The position numbers and the translations under genes were made by a program. From a virus, in the IMG/VR virus record IMGVR_UViG_3300005532_000007, positions 1 through 64,000 of that record: a stretch of 64,000 nucleotides of DNA, one strand, 5' to 3'. Under the pieces are notes generated by a model. It made no database searches and was not told the DNA's origin. It saw nothing but the letters and a program-made list of their open reading frames with translations. Below, one piece after another: positions 38,319 to 46,827 of the stretch (the stretch's first letter is position 1; every line of letters begins with the position of its first letter).

Positions 38319-39065
38319 CTAGTGGTGCGGCGACCGGGAAGCGGCGGCCTCGATCACGTCCAGGTCGGCGCCGGACACCTGCGCGAGCCCGGCATGGACG
38401 AGCCACAGCACCCACACCGGTTCGATCCCGGGCGTGTCGGCGCTGCCGTGGGCGTAGGCGACGGTACGGGTGACCAGGTCGGTGATCTGGGTGGCGGTGA
38501 GCCAGCGGGCGTTGCGGGTTTCGCGCGCGCTGGGGCTCAGCTGCCCAGTGGCGCTGGCGGTGTACACGCTCCAGTGGTGGCCGATGCCTGCGGGCCCGGC
38601 GGGGCGGCGGCAGACGTTGGGGCGCCATCCTCCGGTCACGAGGGTGAGCGGTCCGACGGTAAGGCCGGTTTCCTCGGCGGCTTCTGCTGCGGCGCCCTGT
38701 TCGGGGGTGCCGTGGGTGTCGATGTGTCCGGCGGCGGGGGCGGTGCCGGGGGGCGGGGTGTTGCGGTCGAACATGAGCCAGGTGCCGGTTTCGGGGTTGT
38801 GGATGAGGATCCCGACGCTGGTGTTGTCGCAGTGCGGGGTGATCGCGAGGATGCGGGCGGCGTCGAGGACGCGGGTGTGGCTGGGGCCGTGGGGGGTGAG
38901 GCGTGCGGGGATGAGTAGGTGGAGTCCGGGCGTGGGGTTGGTGGTCAGTTCGCGTAGGGCGTCGAGTTCGTCGGGTGTGACGCTGGCTGTGAGGGTTTGG
39001 GGATGGGGGTTGTCGGTTTGGTAGGTGATGTCGGCGGTGAGGGTGGCGGTCATGGTGGGGGTCAT
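38319..39065 (-). CDS. Nudix hydrolase
   Basis: APAAGHID..PEQGAAAEAAEETGL Nudix box; CDNTSVGILI, NVCRR, GHHWSVY. Confidence 0.85.
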   Translation of the reverse strand: MTPTMTATLTADITYQTDNPHPQTLTASVTPDELDALRELTTNPTPGLHLLIPARLTPHGPSHTRVLDAARILAITPHCDNTSVGILIHNPETGTWLMFDRNTPPPGTAPAAGHIDTHGTPEQGAAAEAAEETGLTVGPLTLVTGGWRPNVCRRPAGPAGIGHHWSVYTASATGQLSPSARETRNARWLTATQITDLVTRTVAYAHGSADTPGIEPVWVLWLVHAGLAQVSGADLDVIEAAASRSPHH

Positions 39066-39158
39066 GGTGGGGGTCTCGTTTTCGTTGCGGTCGGGGCTGG
39101 CTCTCCGCCGGGGCACGTCCGGGGCACGTCCCGCGTGGGGGCGTGCCCTGGCGGAGGG

Positions 39159-39614
39159 TCAGAGCGTCGGGTAGTGCGGGACGGGTTCGGTCAGGTAGCC
39201 GGGCAGGTCCGGGTCGCCGAGCGGGATGGTGGCGATGACCGTGTGCCAGTCGCCGCGCGTGGTCTCGGTCAGTGAACTGGCCAGGACGGCGATGATGAGC
39301 AGGCCGCGGCCGTGTTCGTCGGTTTCGTAGGGGTCTTCGTTGTCGGCGGGAGTTTTGCCGGGCCGGTCGGTGACGGTGAGGGTGAGCAGGTCGCCGGGCA
39401 GGTGTGCAGTAATGGCGAGCGGGGGTAGGGCGTGGGTGAGGGCGTTGGTGAAGAGTTCGGAGAGGACGAGGACGGCACCGTCGGCGGTGTCGCCTTGGTA
39501 GCCGCGGCGGGTCAGATAGTCCGACAGCCAGGTGCGGGCGTGGGCGACGGTGGTTTTGTTCGGGTGGGCATAGGTGACGGCGTGGGTTGCCTGCTCGATC
39601 GTCGCGGCGGTCAT
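39159..39614 (-). CDS. ATP-binding protein (HATPase_c-like, anti-sigma-factor type)
   Basis: LVLSELFTNALTHA, VTD, DEHGRGLLII motifs. Confidence 0.88.
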   Translation of the reverse strand: MTAATIEQATHAVTYAHPNKTTVAHARTWLSDYLTRRGYQGDTADGAVLVLSELFTNALTHALPPLAITAHLPGDLLTLTVTDRPGKTPADNEDPYETDEHGRGLLIIAVLASSLTETTRGDWHTVIATIPLGDPDLPGYLTEPVPHYPTL

Positions 39615-39658
39615 CGGTCCACTCCCGTGTGCTGCTGTGCGGCGCGCGTTGGTGTGTG

Positions 39659-39937
39659 TCACGCGGCACCGTCCAGGTGCGGCAGGTGGTCGAGGGCGTC
39701 GAGGGCGCTGACGGCCTGCTGGTCGTGTTCGGGGGTGTCGTTGAGGGCTTGGGTGGCCCATGCGGCGGCGGCGCGCCAGATGTCGGCGAGTACGTCCGTG
39801 GGGCGGCGGCCGGCGGCGAGTTGGTCGAGGCCGATTTCGACGGCGTCGTCCATGGCTTCGAGCTGTTCGAGGATCGCGCCGCGCGGCGCGGTCGAGGTGT
39901 GCCGGTGGCCGGTGGGGAATTCCAGCACGACGCTCAC
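39659..39937 (-). CDS. Hypothetical protein
   Basis: Coupled ORF. Confidence 0.6.
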   Translation of the reverse strand: MSVVLEFPTGHRHTSTAPRGAILEQLEAMDDAVEIGLDQLAAGRRPTDVLADIWRAAAAWATQALNDTPEHDQQAVSALDALDHLPHLDGAA

Positions 39938-40275
39938 GAGGCCACCTGCCCGCTGTTCGCCGCGTCGGCGGCGGTGTCCCACAGATCGAGCAGCGTGTCG
40001 CGCACGGTGCCGCGGGCGTTTTCGTGCAGGGCGAGCGCGGTCATGAGCGCCGTGGTGGCCTGCTCGACGAGCTCGTGGGTGTCGGTGGGCTGGCCGTTCA
40101 CAGACGGCGGGTCGATGCGCGGGGTGCCGGCGGTGACCCCACCCAGGTCGCTGAACTTCTCGATCTCGAGGGCGGCCTCGGACGCCATGAACTCGGCATA
40201 CTTGGCCGCAGTCGTGCCGGCCGGGACCTCGAACGTGACGGGCAGGTGCAGGACGGTGCGGGCAGTGTCGCTCAT
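39934..40275 (-). CDS. Hypothetical protein
   Basis: Coupled ORF (MSDTARTVLHLPV). Confidence 0.6.
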   Translation of the reverse strand: MSDTARTVLHLPVTFEVPAGTTAAKYAEFMASEAALEIEKFSDLGGVTAGTPRIDPPSVNGQPTDTHELVEQATTALMTALALHENARGTVRDTLLDLWDTAADAANSGQVAS

Positions 40276-40640
40276 CAGGCGCCCGCGGTTTCCGCGGTAC
40301 CCGCGAGGGCCTGCAGCTCGTAGTAGCGGGCGAGGTCCAGGTCGCCGTGCAGCAGCGCGTCGGTGGCCAGCAGCGCCATCGCCATCGGCTTGATCTGGTC
40401 CGGCTCCAGGGACATCCCGAACCCGGCCATGACGGTGAGCTGGGTGTTGCCCTTGTGCCGCTGCAGGGAGAAGACGGCCTCGGTCACGGCGTCTTCGTGG
40501 GGTCCGCGGTCGCCGAAGTTCAGGCGGATCGGGGTGTTGTAGCAGGAGCCGGCACCGGGTTCGTCGGGGTCCTCGTAGTGCTCGGCGGGGCTGCACCACG
40601 CGGCGTGGTTGTCGGCCGGCTGGGGTACGGTGGTGGTCAT
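40275..40640 (-). CDS. Hypothetical protein (H..WC...H motif common in AICE small genes)
   Basis: HAAWCSPAEH..C; AGAGGA RBS. Confidence 0.65.
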   Translation of the reverse strand: MTTTVPQPADNHAAWCSPAEHYEDPDEPGAGSCYNTPIRLNFGDRGPHEDAVTEAVFSLQRHKGNTQLTVMAGFGMSLEPDQIKPMAMALLATDALLHGDLDLARYYELQALAGTAETAGA

Positions 40641-40789
40641 TGATCCGGTTCCTCTCGCGTGGTGGCGGATCGCGGGCCCGGCGGTGAAGGCGTCACCGCC
40701 GGGCTTCGGCCTGCTCGGGGATGGTGCTGGTCGGACTGGGCGCCCAGCGGCCGTGCGTGGAGGGGGCGGCCGCCGGGCTTCCGGCCCGG

Positions 40790-40984
40790 TCAGGACGTGC
40801 TGATCTCATTGCGCACGGCGTTATAGACCAGGTCCATGTCGCCGTCGTTCAGGTCGATGCCGTTGTCGGCGCAGTAGTCCTCGATCCACTGGGTGATCGA
40901 GGCGCCGTCGGGGTGGGGACCGTGCTCGTCAAGCAGCCCGGGGGTGACCTGCTTGGCGAGGTCGGCGGCTTCGATGGCGTCCAT
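40790..40984 (-). CDS. Small acidic hypothetical protein
   Basis: AGGAAGGA RBS. Confidence 0.6.
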   Translation of the reverse strand: MDAIEAADLAKQVTPGLLDEHGPHPDGASITQWIEDYCADNGIDLNDGDMDLVYNAVRNEISTS

Positions 40985-41070
40985 CGGTTCGGGTTCCTTC
41001 CTGCTGGCTGGTGCGGGGTGGCTGCCGCCCGCGGCTGGAGTGCGGCCAGGCCGCGGGCGGCGGCTCGGGG

Positions 41071-41241
41071 TTACCGCGGGACGCCGTCGGGCCAGATCAG
41101 CGCGGTCAGGCGCGCCGAGTCCTGCGCTTGGTCTGGGGAGGGCTCTCCTGCCGCGTTGGTGTGGTTGTTGAGCCGGTTGCGCAGGGACTCGGCTTGGGTT
41201 TCGAGCGTGACGCGTTCTGCGGGGGTCAGGGGTCTGGGCAT
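41071..41241 (-). CDS. Small hypothetical protein (56 aa, not in the ORF track)
   Basis: AAGGAG RBS; MPRPLTPAERVTLE..LIWPDGVPR*. Confidence 0.55.
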   Translation of the reverse strand: MPRPLTPAERVTLETQAESLRNRLNNHTNAAGEPSPDQAQDSARLTALIWPDGVPR

Positions 41242-41286
41242 GTCGGTCTCCTTGTTTGGCCGGTTTCGGGCGGCGCTCGTGGGCGG

Positions 41287-41499
41287 CTAAGCCGCAGCGG
41301 GGGTGGCGCCAATCGCGTTGCGAGCCATGTACGCCTCGACGGATGAGCGGGTTACGCGGATGCGGGTCTTAGTCGGCCCGACGCGAAACGCCTCGAACTC
41401 CCCTGCCGCGATCTCCCGCAGGATCGTCGCCTTACTCACGCCGACGATGCCGGCGACCTGCGCGGGCGTCAGCTTGTCGGTGCCCTCGGTGGTCTGCAT
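41287..41499 (-). CDS. xis: Excisionase-family HTH protein
   Basis: LTPAQVAGIVGVSKATILREI..G..AFRVG..IRV....VEAYM. Confidence 0.85.
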   Translation of the reverse strand: MQTTEGTDKLTPAQVAGIVGVSKATILREIAAGEFEAFRVGPTKTRIRVTRSSVEAYMARNAIGATPAAA

Positions 41500-41542
41500 C
41501 GGTCGGCTCCTAGCTGGTGCGTTACTTCCAACGCCTCAACCG

Positions 41543-41575
41543 TAGCGCTATGGTGCTATGGCGTCAATGACGCTA
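41543..41575. promoter_or_regulatory. Operator: tandem TAGCGCTA-like 8-mers upstream of xis
   Basis: TAGCGCTA TGGTGCTA TGGCGTCA a TGACGCTA. Confidence 0.65.
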
Positions 41576-41588
41576 GGCTGAATCAGGC

Positions 41589-41617
41589 AAAGAAAAAGCC
41601 CCGGAGTCAGCCGGGGC
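41589..41617 (-). terminator. Intrinsic terminator of the GntR gene
   Basis: gccccgg/ccggggc stem followed by TTTTTCTTT on the minus strand. Confidence 0.75.
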
Positions 41618-41633
41618 CGCTGGCGAGGAGGTG

Positions 41634-42371
41634 TCAGGCGTCGTGAACCGGAAGGTCATACTCCAGCTCGTAGCGCTCGGCACTGAACACGATGTCCAGC
41701 GCCTCAACCGGATGCCCATCGTCAGTCCACGTCACGCGCAGGGTGCGCAGAACCGGGACACCCGACGGAATCCGCAGTGTCTCCACCTCGAACGAAGTGG
41801 GCATTCTGCCCGTCACCCATTCGCGACAGGCCCGCGGCGGGTAGCCCAGCCGCTTCAGCACCGTGGGCGTCGCACCCTTGAGCTTCGCTCTGAAGGCGAG
41901 TGGCGTGTCGAATGCGACGTCCAACGGGAAGTACGAGGTCGCGATCTCCAGCGGATCACCGTTCGCGTTGCGCATGACGCGCCGCCGCATCACGACCTGC
42001 TCGTCGGGTTCGACCTCCAGCTTCAAAGCCACTTCATCAGGAGGCGTCACGACATCAACCTCTGGCGGGTCAGAGCGGCCGTGTGGCGGTTTGGTGCCTT
42101 CGGCGACCGGCGATACGAAGTCTGCCGATCGGCTGATCTCGCGCTTCACCTGCCGCACGTAGACACCCTTGCCAGGCGCGGATTCCACCAGGCCGGCCGC
42201 CTTGAGTGCGCGCACCGCCTTCTGGACCGTCGTGGCCGCCACATGATGCTGAGCGGCCAACGCCGTCACCGAGGGGATCGCGGCGCCTGGTGGGATCTCG
42301 CCGTTCTCGATCTTCTTCCGAAGATCCGTCACGATCCGGATGTACGCCGGTTCGCCACTCCACTCGGTCAT
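41634..42371 (-). CDS. GntR/HutC-family repressor (KorSA-like, wHTH + UTRA)
   Basis: PAYIRI..LR.KI..G..PGAAIPS..TVQKAV..L...GLV....GKGVYV plus C-terminal UTRA domain. Confidence 0.92.
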   Translation of the reverse strand: MTEWSGEPAYIRIVTDLRKKIENGEIPPGAAIPSVTALAAQHHVAATTVQKAVRALKAAGLVESAPGKGVYVRQVKREISRSADFVSPVAEGTKPPHGRSDPPEVDVVTPPDEVALKLEVEPDEQVVMRRRVMRNANGDPLEIATSYFPLDVAFDTPLAFRAKLKGATPTVLKRLGYPPRACREWVTGRMPTSFEVETLRIPSGVPVLRTLRVTWTDDGHPVEALDIVFSAERYELEYDLPVHDA

Positions 42372-42398
42372 GGGCGGCCTCACTCCCTGTCGGCGTCT

Positions 42399-42438
42399 AA
42401 GCGCTACAGCACCAAAGATGCTCTAGCGCTATACGCTA
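42399..42438. promoter_or_regulatory. Operator: TAGCGCTA-like 8-mers upstream of the GntR gene
   Basis: AAGCGCTA CAGCACCA ... TAGCGCTA TACGCTA, same motif as at 41543. Confidence 0.65.
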
Positions 42439-42512
42439 CACAGTGTGTAGGGCGTCCCGTCAATGCGACCCGATATCCGCTACCTGCGGCTTTCGTGGCA
42501 ACGACAGAGCAA

Positions 42513-42956
42513 CTATGCGGCTTTCCCGTGGCTGCCGCGGTGCAACTGCGTATCCGACGTGTGCGCCGCCAAATCAGCCTTAATCGCCTGAACCACCCGC
42601 TGCACATCCTCAATCCGCGATGTCAACCGCGCCTCGGCCCGACCCACCTCACCGGTCACAAACTCCGGCAAAGCAGCGATCGCCTGCTGCTGCTGATGCA
42701 CGATCCCCGAGATCGCCTCAAGGGTCTGCGTGGTCTCCGTGTGCCGAGATTCGGCCAGCTCAACATATGCGTGGAAGTCCAGCCTCAGCGTGCCCAGATC
42801 AGACTTGATCCCGGCGACGTCATCACGCACCGCGTTCTGGCCAGCCGCAAGAGCAGCGATCGCCGCACCATGCTCACCCTGCACACGAGCCACCGCGCCG
42901 ATCGCATCCAACACGTCACGCAGCGTCGGCTCGCCAGCGGGCTGAGGGCTCGTCAT
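42513..42956 (-). CDS. Coiled-coil hypothetical protein, probably leaderless
   Basis: TACGGT-N6-ATG; EPTLRDVLDAI followed by heptad repeats. Confidence 0.7.
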   Translation of the reverse strand: MTSPQPAGEPTLRDVLDAIGAVARVQGEHGAAIAALAAGQNAVRDDVAGIKSDLGTLRLDFHAYVELAESRHTETTQTLEAISGIVHQQQQAIAALPEFVTGEVGRAEARLTSRIEDVQRVVQAIKADLAAHTSDTQLHRGSHGKAA

Positions 42957-43096
42957 GACACCACCGTACCGGGCGGCGCTGCACGCATAAAGCGACTCTC
43001 CGGAAACGCATCAGCACGCGGCTTGATCAGCAAAGACGCACGGAAACGAGAAACGCTTCAATGCGTCATTATTGAGGGGCACTCACTACCCCAAGC

Positions 43097-43132
43097 AAAA
43101 GGAAAGGCCGGTTCCCGGGGAAGGAACCGGCC
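43097..43132 (-). terminator. Terminator-like hairpin antisense to the rep leader
   Basis: ggccggttcc/ggaaccggcc stem with TTTCCTTTT on the minus strand. Confidence 0.6.
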
Positions 43133-43286
43133 CCCACGATCAGCGAGTTGGCCGCTCGCCAGACCACTTGCGCTAAGGAGTCGCGACACCCGATGGACAA
43201 CACGATCAACTCATCCACAAAGCAGTCGCACTCATGACGATAACGCATCTCGCCGACAGCCGCCGCCGACCACCACGCGGTGCCTC

Positions 43287-44069
43287 GTGAGCCACGAAGC
43301 CATCGACTGGGCCATCAAGCAGGACGCACGCGGCAACGCCCCCCGGAAGCTGATCCTCATCCTCCTCGCCAACCGCGCCGACGACGCATGGGTCTGCTGG
43401 CCAAGCAACCGCCTGATCGCCGAGGAGTCCGGGCTGAGCATCCGACAAGTCGTCCGACACATCGCATCACTCGAACAGGACGGCCTGATCCGGCGCGTGC
43501 CCTGGGAACGGGCAGATGGCGGCCAAGGCGCGAACGTCTTCGCGCTCGGCCCAACAGCCACCGATGCCCCCGTGTCATGTACGACACGGGGAGGGGGTCA
43601 TGTACGACATGGGGGGTGGGTCACTGATGACACCCCCCGGGTGTCATACACGACACCCCTAGAACCCAAAGAAGAAACCACAAAGAACCCTCACTCATCC
43701 GGCCCGCGCGAAGAATCGCGGGGCCGCTCGCTCGCTGACGCGAACGAGACGCACACGCCGCACCAGCCAACCGAACGCGAACTCTGGCAAGCGATCCGCG
43801 CCACCGCGCTCCACAACCCCGACACCTACCAACGGCAAATCGACACCATCCGCGCCCGCGCACCCCGGCTCTGGCGAGACGCCACAGACGCCGCGTTCAC
43901 GCAGTTCCGAGAGAACGACTCTCCCCACCAGCACGACCCCGCGCAGGTCGCATTGCTCGCCTACCAGTACGTGATCCAGATGCGGGCACCGGATTGGCCG
44001 GCGTGGCTGCTCGGTCCGCTGCTGCCGATGCTCGCCACAACCCAAACCGACACCACCCGCGCCGCATGA
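43287..44069 (+). CDS. Phage replication initiator (N-terminal HTH, lambda-O-like layout)
   Basis: MSHEAIDWA..KLILILLANRAD....CWPS...IA.ESGLS.RQV.R.I..LE..GLI.R; internal iterons. Confidence 0.85.
   Translation: MSHEAIDWAIKQDARGNAPRKLILILLANRADDAWVCWPSNRLIAEESGLSIRQVVRHIASLEQDGLIRRVPWERADGGQGANVFALGPTATDAPVSCTTRGGGHVRHGGWVTDDTPRVSYTTPLEPKEETTKNPHSSGPREESRGRSLADANETHTPHQPTERELWQAIRATALHNPDTYQRQIDTIRARAPRLWRDATDAAFTQFRENDSPHQHDPAQVALLAYQYVIQMRAPDWPAWLLGPLLPMLATTQTDTTRAA
43568..43658. repeat. Four iterons GTCA-N5-GACA (replication origin)
   Basis: gtgtcatgtacgacac, gggtcatgtacgacat, gggtcactgatgacac, gtgtcatacacgacac followed by an A-rich tract. Confidence 0.8.
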
Positions 44070-44206
44070 CCAGCACCGGAGCAACCATGGCCGAAGCGAA
44101 ATCGCAGGTTCACATAGTGCCTGTCGGCTTTGCCGACGCGTGCGCCTTCAGTGAGTTGCGCGGCACCGAAGGCGTGCAGCGCACCCTGTGGGAGGCCGCC
44201 GCGTGA
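44066..44206 (+). pseudogene. Internally deleted XF1762-like gene remnant
   Basis: N-terminal VHIVPVGFADACAF fused directly to C-terminal RGTEGVQRTLWEAA, as I recall the two ends of this family. Confidence 0.5.
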
Positions 44207-44211
44207 TCATT

Positions 44212-45045
44212 TCAGCACTTCGTCCAACCACCCGTCGGATCCGAACACACCTGCGCCGACGCGATGTTGTACCCGCCATCCGCGCTCGCGCTGTTGCTCG
44301 TCTGATCCGCGAACCCGCCCAGATCGTCGATCTGCACGGTGGTTGTGCACGACACGCTGCCGCCGCCTTGCAGTTGCGCGCTGGTGACGTAGTACAGAGC
44401 GCCCTGGGTGAGCGGGTCGGTGTGGCTGAACGGAAGGCTCGACGCGGAGTGCTGCGACCCGTTCGGGCCGTAGGTGATGTTCACGCCACCGTGCCCGGTA
44501 CAGGCGTAGGTGACTTGTTCGGGGGCGGGTGTTGCGGCGACGGTCGGGGACGGCGACGGGTCCTGCGTATAGAGCACGCCGCCGAGAATCCCCTCGGCTT
44601 GCTGCGCGTAGGCCGGCGGAGCCTCCAGGGACCAGTTCACGCCGGTGAGCATCACGCGGCCGTCGTCGAACTGGAAGTGCGCCGAGACCAGGCTCATGAC
44701 GTCGCTGTGTGCTTTGAAGACCACGATGTCGACGTCGAGGGAGGCGGTGTTCGGGCTTGCGCATTCGTCGGAGGCGATTGCGTTGTCGAGTTGCGATGGG
44801 TCCTGTGCCTGTACCGATCCGCAGGGCGCACCGCCGTATGCGAGTGCGCGTTCGATTTGTTCGGCGTCTCCGTAGGTGCCGCCATCTGCGGGCAGTTGCG
44901 TGGCGACTGGGCTGACGGCCGGGGTGGTCGGTGGTGGGGTGGATGCGTCTGCGGCCGGCTTGTTGCCGCTCGACGAGCAGCCGCACGCCAGACCCACAAC
45001 CAGACCCACAACGACCGCCGCAAATCGACAACGCATCAGCCCCAC
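44212..45045 (-). CDS. Lipoprotein with C-terminal MmpS-like domain
   Basis: Signal peptide with lipobox LACGC; VTY..G..NITYG..SLPF..SAQ..GSVSCT; antisense to the early operon. Confidence 0.75.
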   Translation of the reverse strand: MGLMRCRFAAVVVGLVVGLACGCSSSGNKPAADASTPPPTTPAVSPVATQLPADGGTYGDAEQIERALAYGGAPCGSVQAQDPSQLDNAIASDECASPNTASLDVDIVVFKAHSDVMSLVSAHFQFDDGRVMLTGVNWSLEAPPAYAQQAEGILGGVLYTQDPSPSPTVAATPAPEQVTYACTGHGGVNITYGPNGSQHSASSLPFSHTDPLTQGALYYVTSAQLQGGGSVSCTTTVQIDDLGGFADQTSNSASADGGYNIASAQVCSDPTGGWTKC

Positions 45046-45146
45046 CTCTCACGATTCGCTATCAGTGCTCGCACGGTAACGCCGGGCGCTGACTGCTTAC
45101 AGCACTTTGACGCAACCGTGACCGCGACGACTGGAAGGACCCGAAC

Positions 45147-45908
45147 GTGACCACTGCAACGCTCCCCACCATTCCGATCGAACGCCCCGACGACGGGATC
45201 GCCATCGTCACCCTCACCGCCCCGCTCGACGCCGACACGACTGCGGCCCTGCGCGGCACGCTCACCGCGCTCTCCGCCGAGGGACGCCGGCACGTGGCCA
45301 TCGATCTGGCCTCTGTAGTTTTCGCTGGCACCGCCGCTGGGATTGCGGATCTTGCCCGCCAGGTTGAGAGCCAGCGTGCGGCGGCCGGAGACCTGTACCT
45401 GATCAGCCCGCCCAGCGGCCTCGCGGAGGCAGTCAAGGCCCGCGCGTTCAGGGACCGGGCGTTCTGGGACCGGTTCGGCGGCCTGCGCCTCATGCCGATG
45501 CCGCACCCGATCCGGTACACGCCCATCGACCGGGTCCTGGCCGACTCGGAGGTCTTCTACGGCGTGCCGGTCGTGGAGATCGGCGAGGACGGCGAGATCG
45601 TGCTGGTCCTCGGGCATCACGAGCCGCGCAGGTTCTACGCTGCGCTGTGCGCGTTCGCCCGTCGTAACGGCTGCGACCCGGCCGACTACCTGCTGGACCG
45701 GGTCGAGGACTTGGCTGGGTTCGCGGCGAAGGCGACTGGCTGGCATGTGATATACACGCACGCCGACCGGGCGACGCTCGGCAACGCGCTGCCGGGCGAC
45801 GACCCGCAGTGGTGTGTGTGCGACGAGGGCTGCGGCTGGTACGCGGACCAGGTCGTCGAGGGCACTGAGCGCGCGGTCCCGACGATGACGTACTGGATCG
45901 GGGGCTGA
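45147..45908 (+). CDS. Degenerate STAS-domain fusion protein
   Basis: IVTLTAPLDADTTAALR..VAIDLASVVF..GDLYLI; lacks the DSxG serine. Confidence 0.65.
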   Translation: MTTATLPTIPIERPDDGIAIVTLTAPLDADTTAALRGTLTALSAEGRRHVAIDLASVVFAGTAAGIADLARQVESQRAAAGDLYLISPPSGLAEAVKARAFRDRAFWDRFGGLRLMPMPHPIRYTPIDRVLADSEVFYGVPVVEIGEDGEIVLVLGHHEPRRFYAALCAFARRNGCDPADYLLDRVEDLAGFAAKATGWHVIYTHADRATLGNALPGDDPQWCVCDEGCGWYADQVVEGTERAVPTMTYWIGG

Positions 45909-45909
45909 G

Positions 45910-46584
45910 GTGACCACACCAACCGCTCCCCCGCCGCCTGGGATTCTTTCGCACGCCGACCTGCGCGACGCGGTCGAATTCGCACTCACCAACACCCCCG
46001 CGAAGCACGCGGCGGACCGCGGCGGCCAGATCGACACGCACGGCACTGAGCATCGCTACAACGGCAGCTGCGCTTTATGCCGTGGTGAGGCGGACACGCT
46101 CACCGACGCCGTCATAAACCTGATGGGCGACCAGAACCCGAAACCACACGCTGATGAAGCCGCGCGGATCGTGCGCGCTTTCGCCGTGCGCTGGATACTC
46201 AAGATCGCCGAGGAAGGCTACGCGAAGGGTTTCGACGCTTTCGACGAGCAGGGTAAGCCGATCCGGATGACACCGGAGCATCTGCTCACCGTCGTTACTG
46301 ACCGGATGCTCGCGATTGCTCATGACCGGCAGCCGTATCCGACGCCGTTCGCGTATGAGCAGGCGTGTGAGGCGCTGCGTAAGCACCGTGAGCGCGCGGA
46401 CGCTGCGGAGGCGCGCGTTGACGCGCTACGTGCGCTGCCTGAGCGGTTGCGTGTTACGGCGGCCGCGGCTGGCCCGAATCCTGATGCGCGGCGTGCCGCG
46501 TTGCGTGAGGCGGCGCTGCTGATCGACAAGGCGCTGATCGACACCGCGCCCAACCCGTTGACTGCCCCAGAAGTCGAGGGCTGA
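45910..46584 (+). CDS. Hypothetical phage protein
   Basis: CALC and YPT.FAYEQAC.AL.KH motifs. Confidence 0.65.
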   Translation: MTTPTAPPPPGILSHADLRDAVEFALTNTPAKHAADRGGQIDTHGTEHRYNGSCALCRGEADTLTDAVINLMGDQNPKPHADEAARIVRAFAVRWILKIAEEGYAKGFDAFDEQGKPIRMTPEHLLTVVTDRMLAIAHDRQPYPTPFAYEQACEALRKHRERADAAEARVDALRALPERLRVTAAAAGPNPDARRAALREAALLIDKALIDTAPNPLTAPEVEG

Positions 46585-46587
46585 GCG

Positions 46588-46827
46588 ATGGCGACCTATT
46601 CGCGCCGTGAGCGCATCACCCGCACCGTCGAATTCCCCGTCCCAGCCGAACCACCGTACGGCGCGTGCTGGGCCGAAGTCTGGAAAGCGTTCAATGCAGC
46701 CAGGCAGGAACTGGTAGCGGCTGGCCTGCTGGAGAAGGACGTCATGCCGCCTGACGACGTGATCCGGATCCTCGCGGGCGACGACGAGGTCATCGTCTGC
46801 TACGAGATGGAAGAAGCCAAGCCATGA
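46588..46827 (+). CDS. Hypothetical phage protein
   Basis: ORF in the early operon. Confidence 0.65.
   Translation: MATYSRRERITRTVEFPVPAEPPYGACWAEVWKAFNAARQELVAAGLLEKDVMPPDDVIRILAGDDEVIVCYEMEEAKP

Larger units (their letters stand above)
31049..42440 (-). mobile_element. AICE/Streptomyces-plasmid-like conjugative transfer and control module embedded in the prophage
   Basis: Co-directional GntR-UTRA repressor, Xis-like HTH, Nudix, DUF2637, membrane proteins and FtsK-type ATPase with C-terminal wHTH. Confidence 0.7.

Noticed and set aside
39101-39160. 11-bp tandem duplication inside a hairpin upstream of the Nudix gene
   Set aside because: Most simply a slippage duplication in an ordinary intergenic stem-loop
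41631-44069. 812-aa plus-strand ORF in the track
   Set aside because: Only 43287-44069 is protein-like (Rep); the rest is the antisense shadow of the GntR and coiled-coil genes plus intergenic DNA
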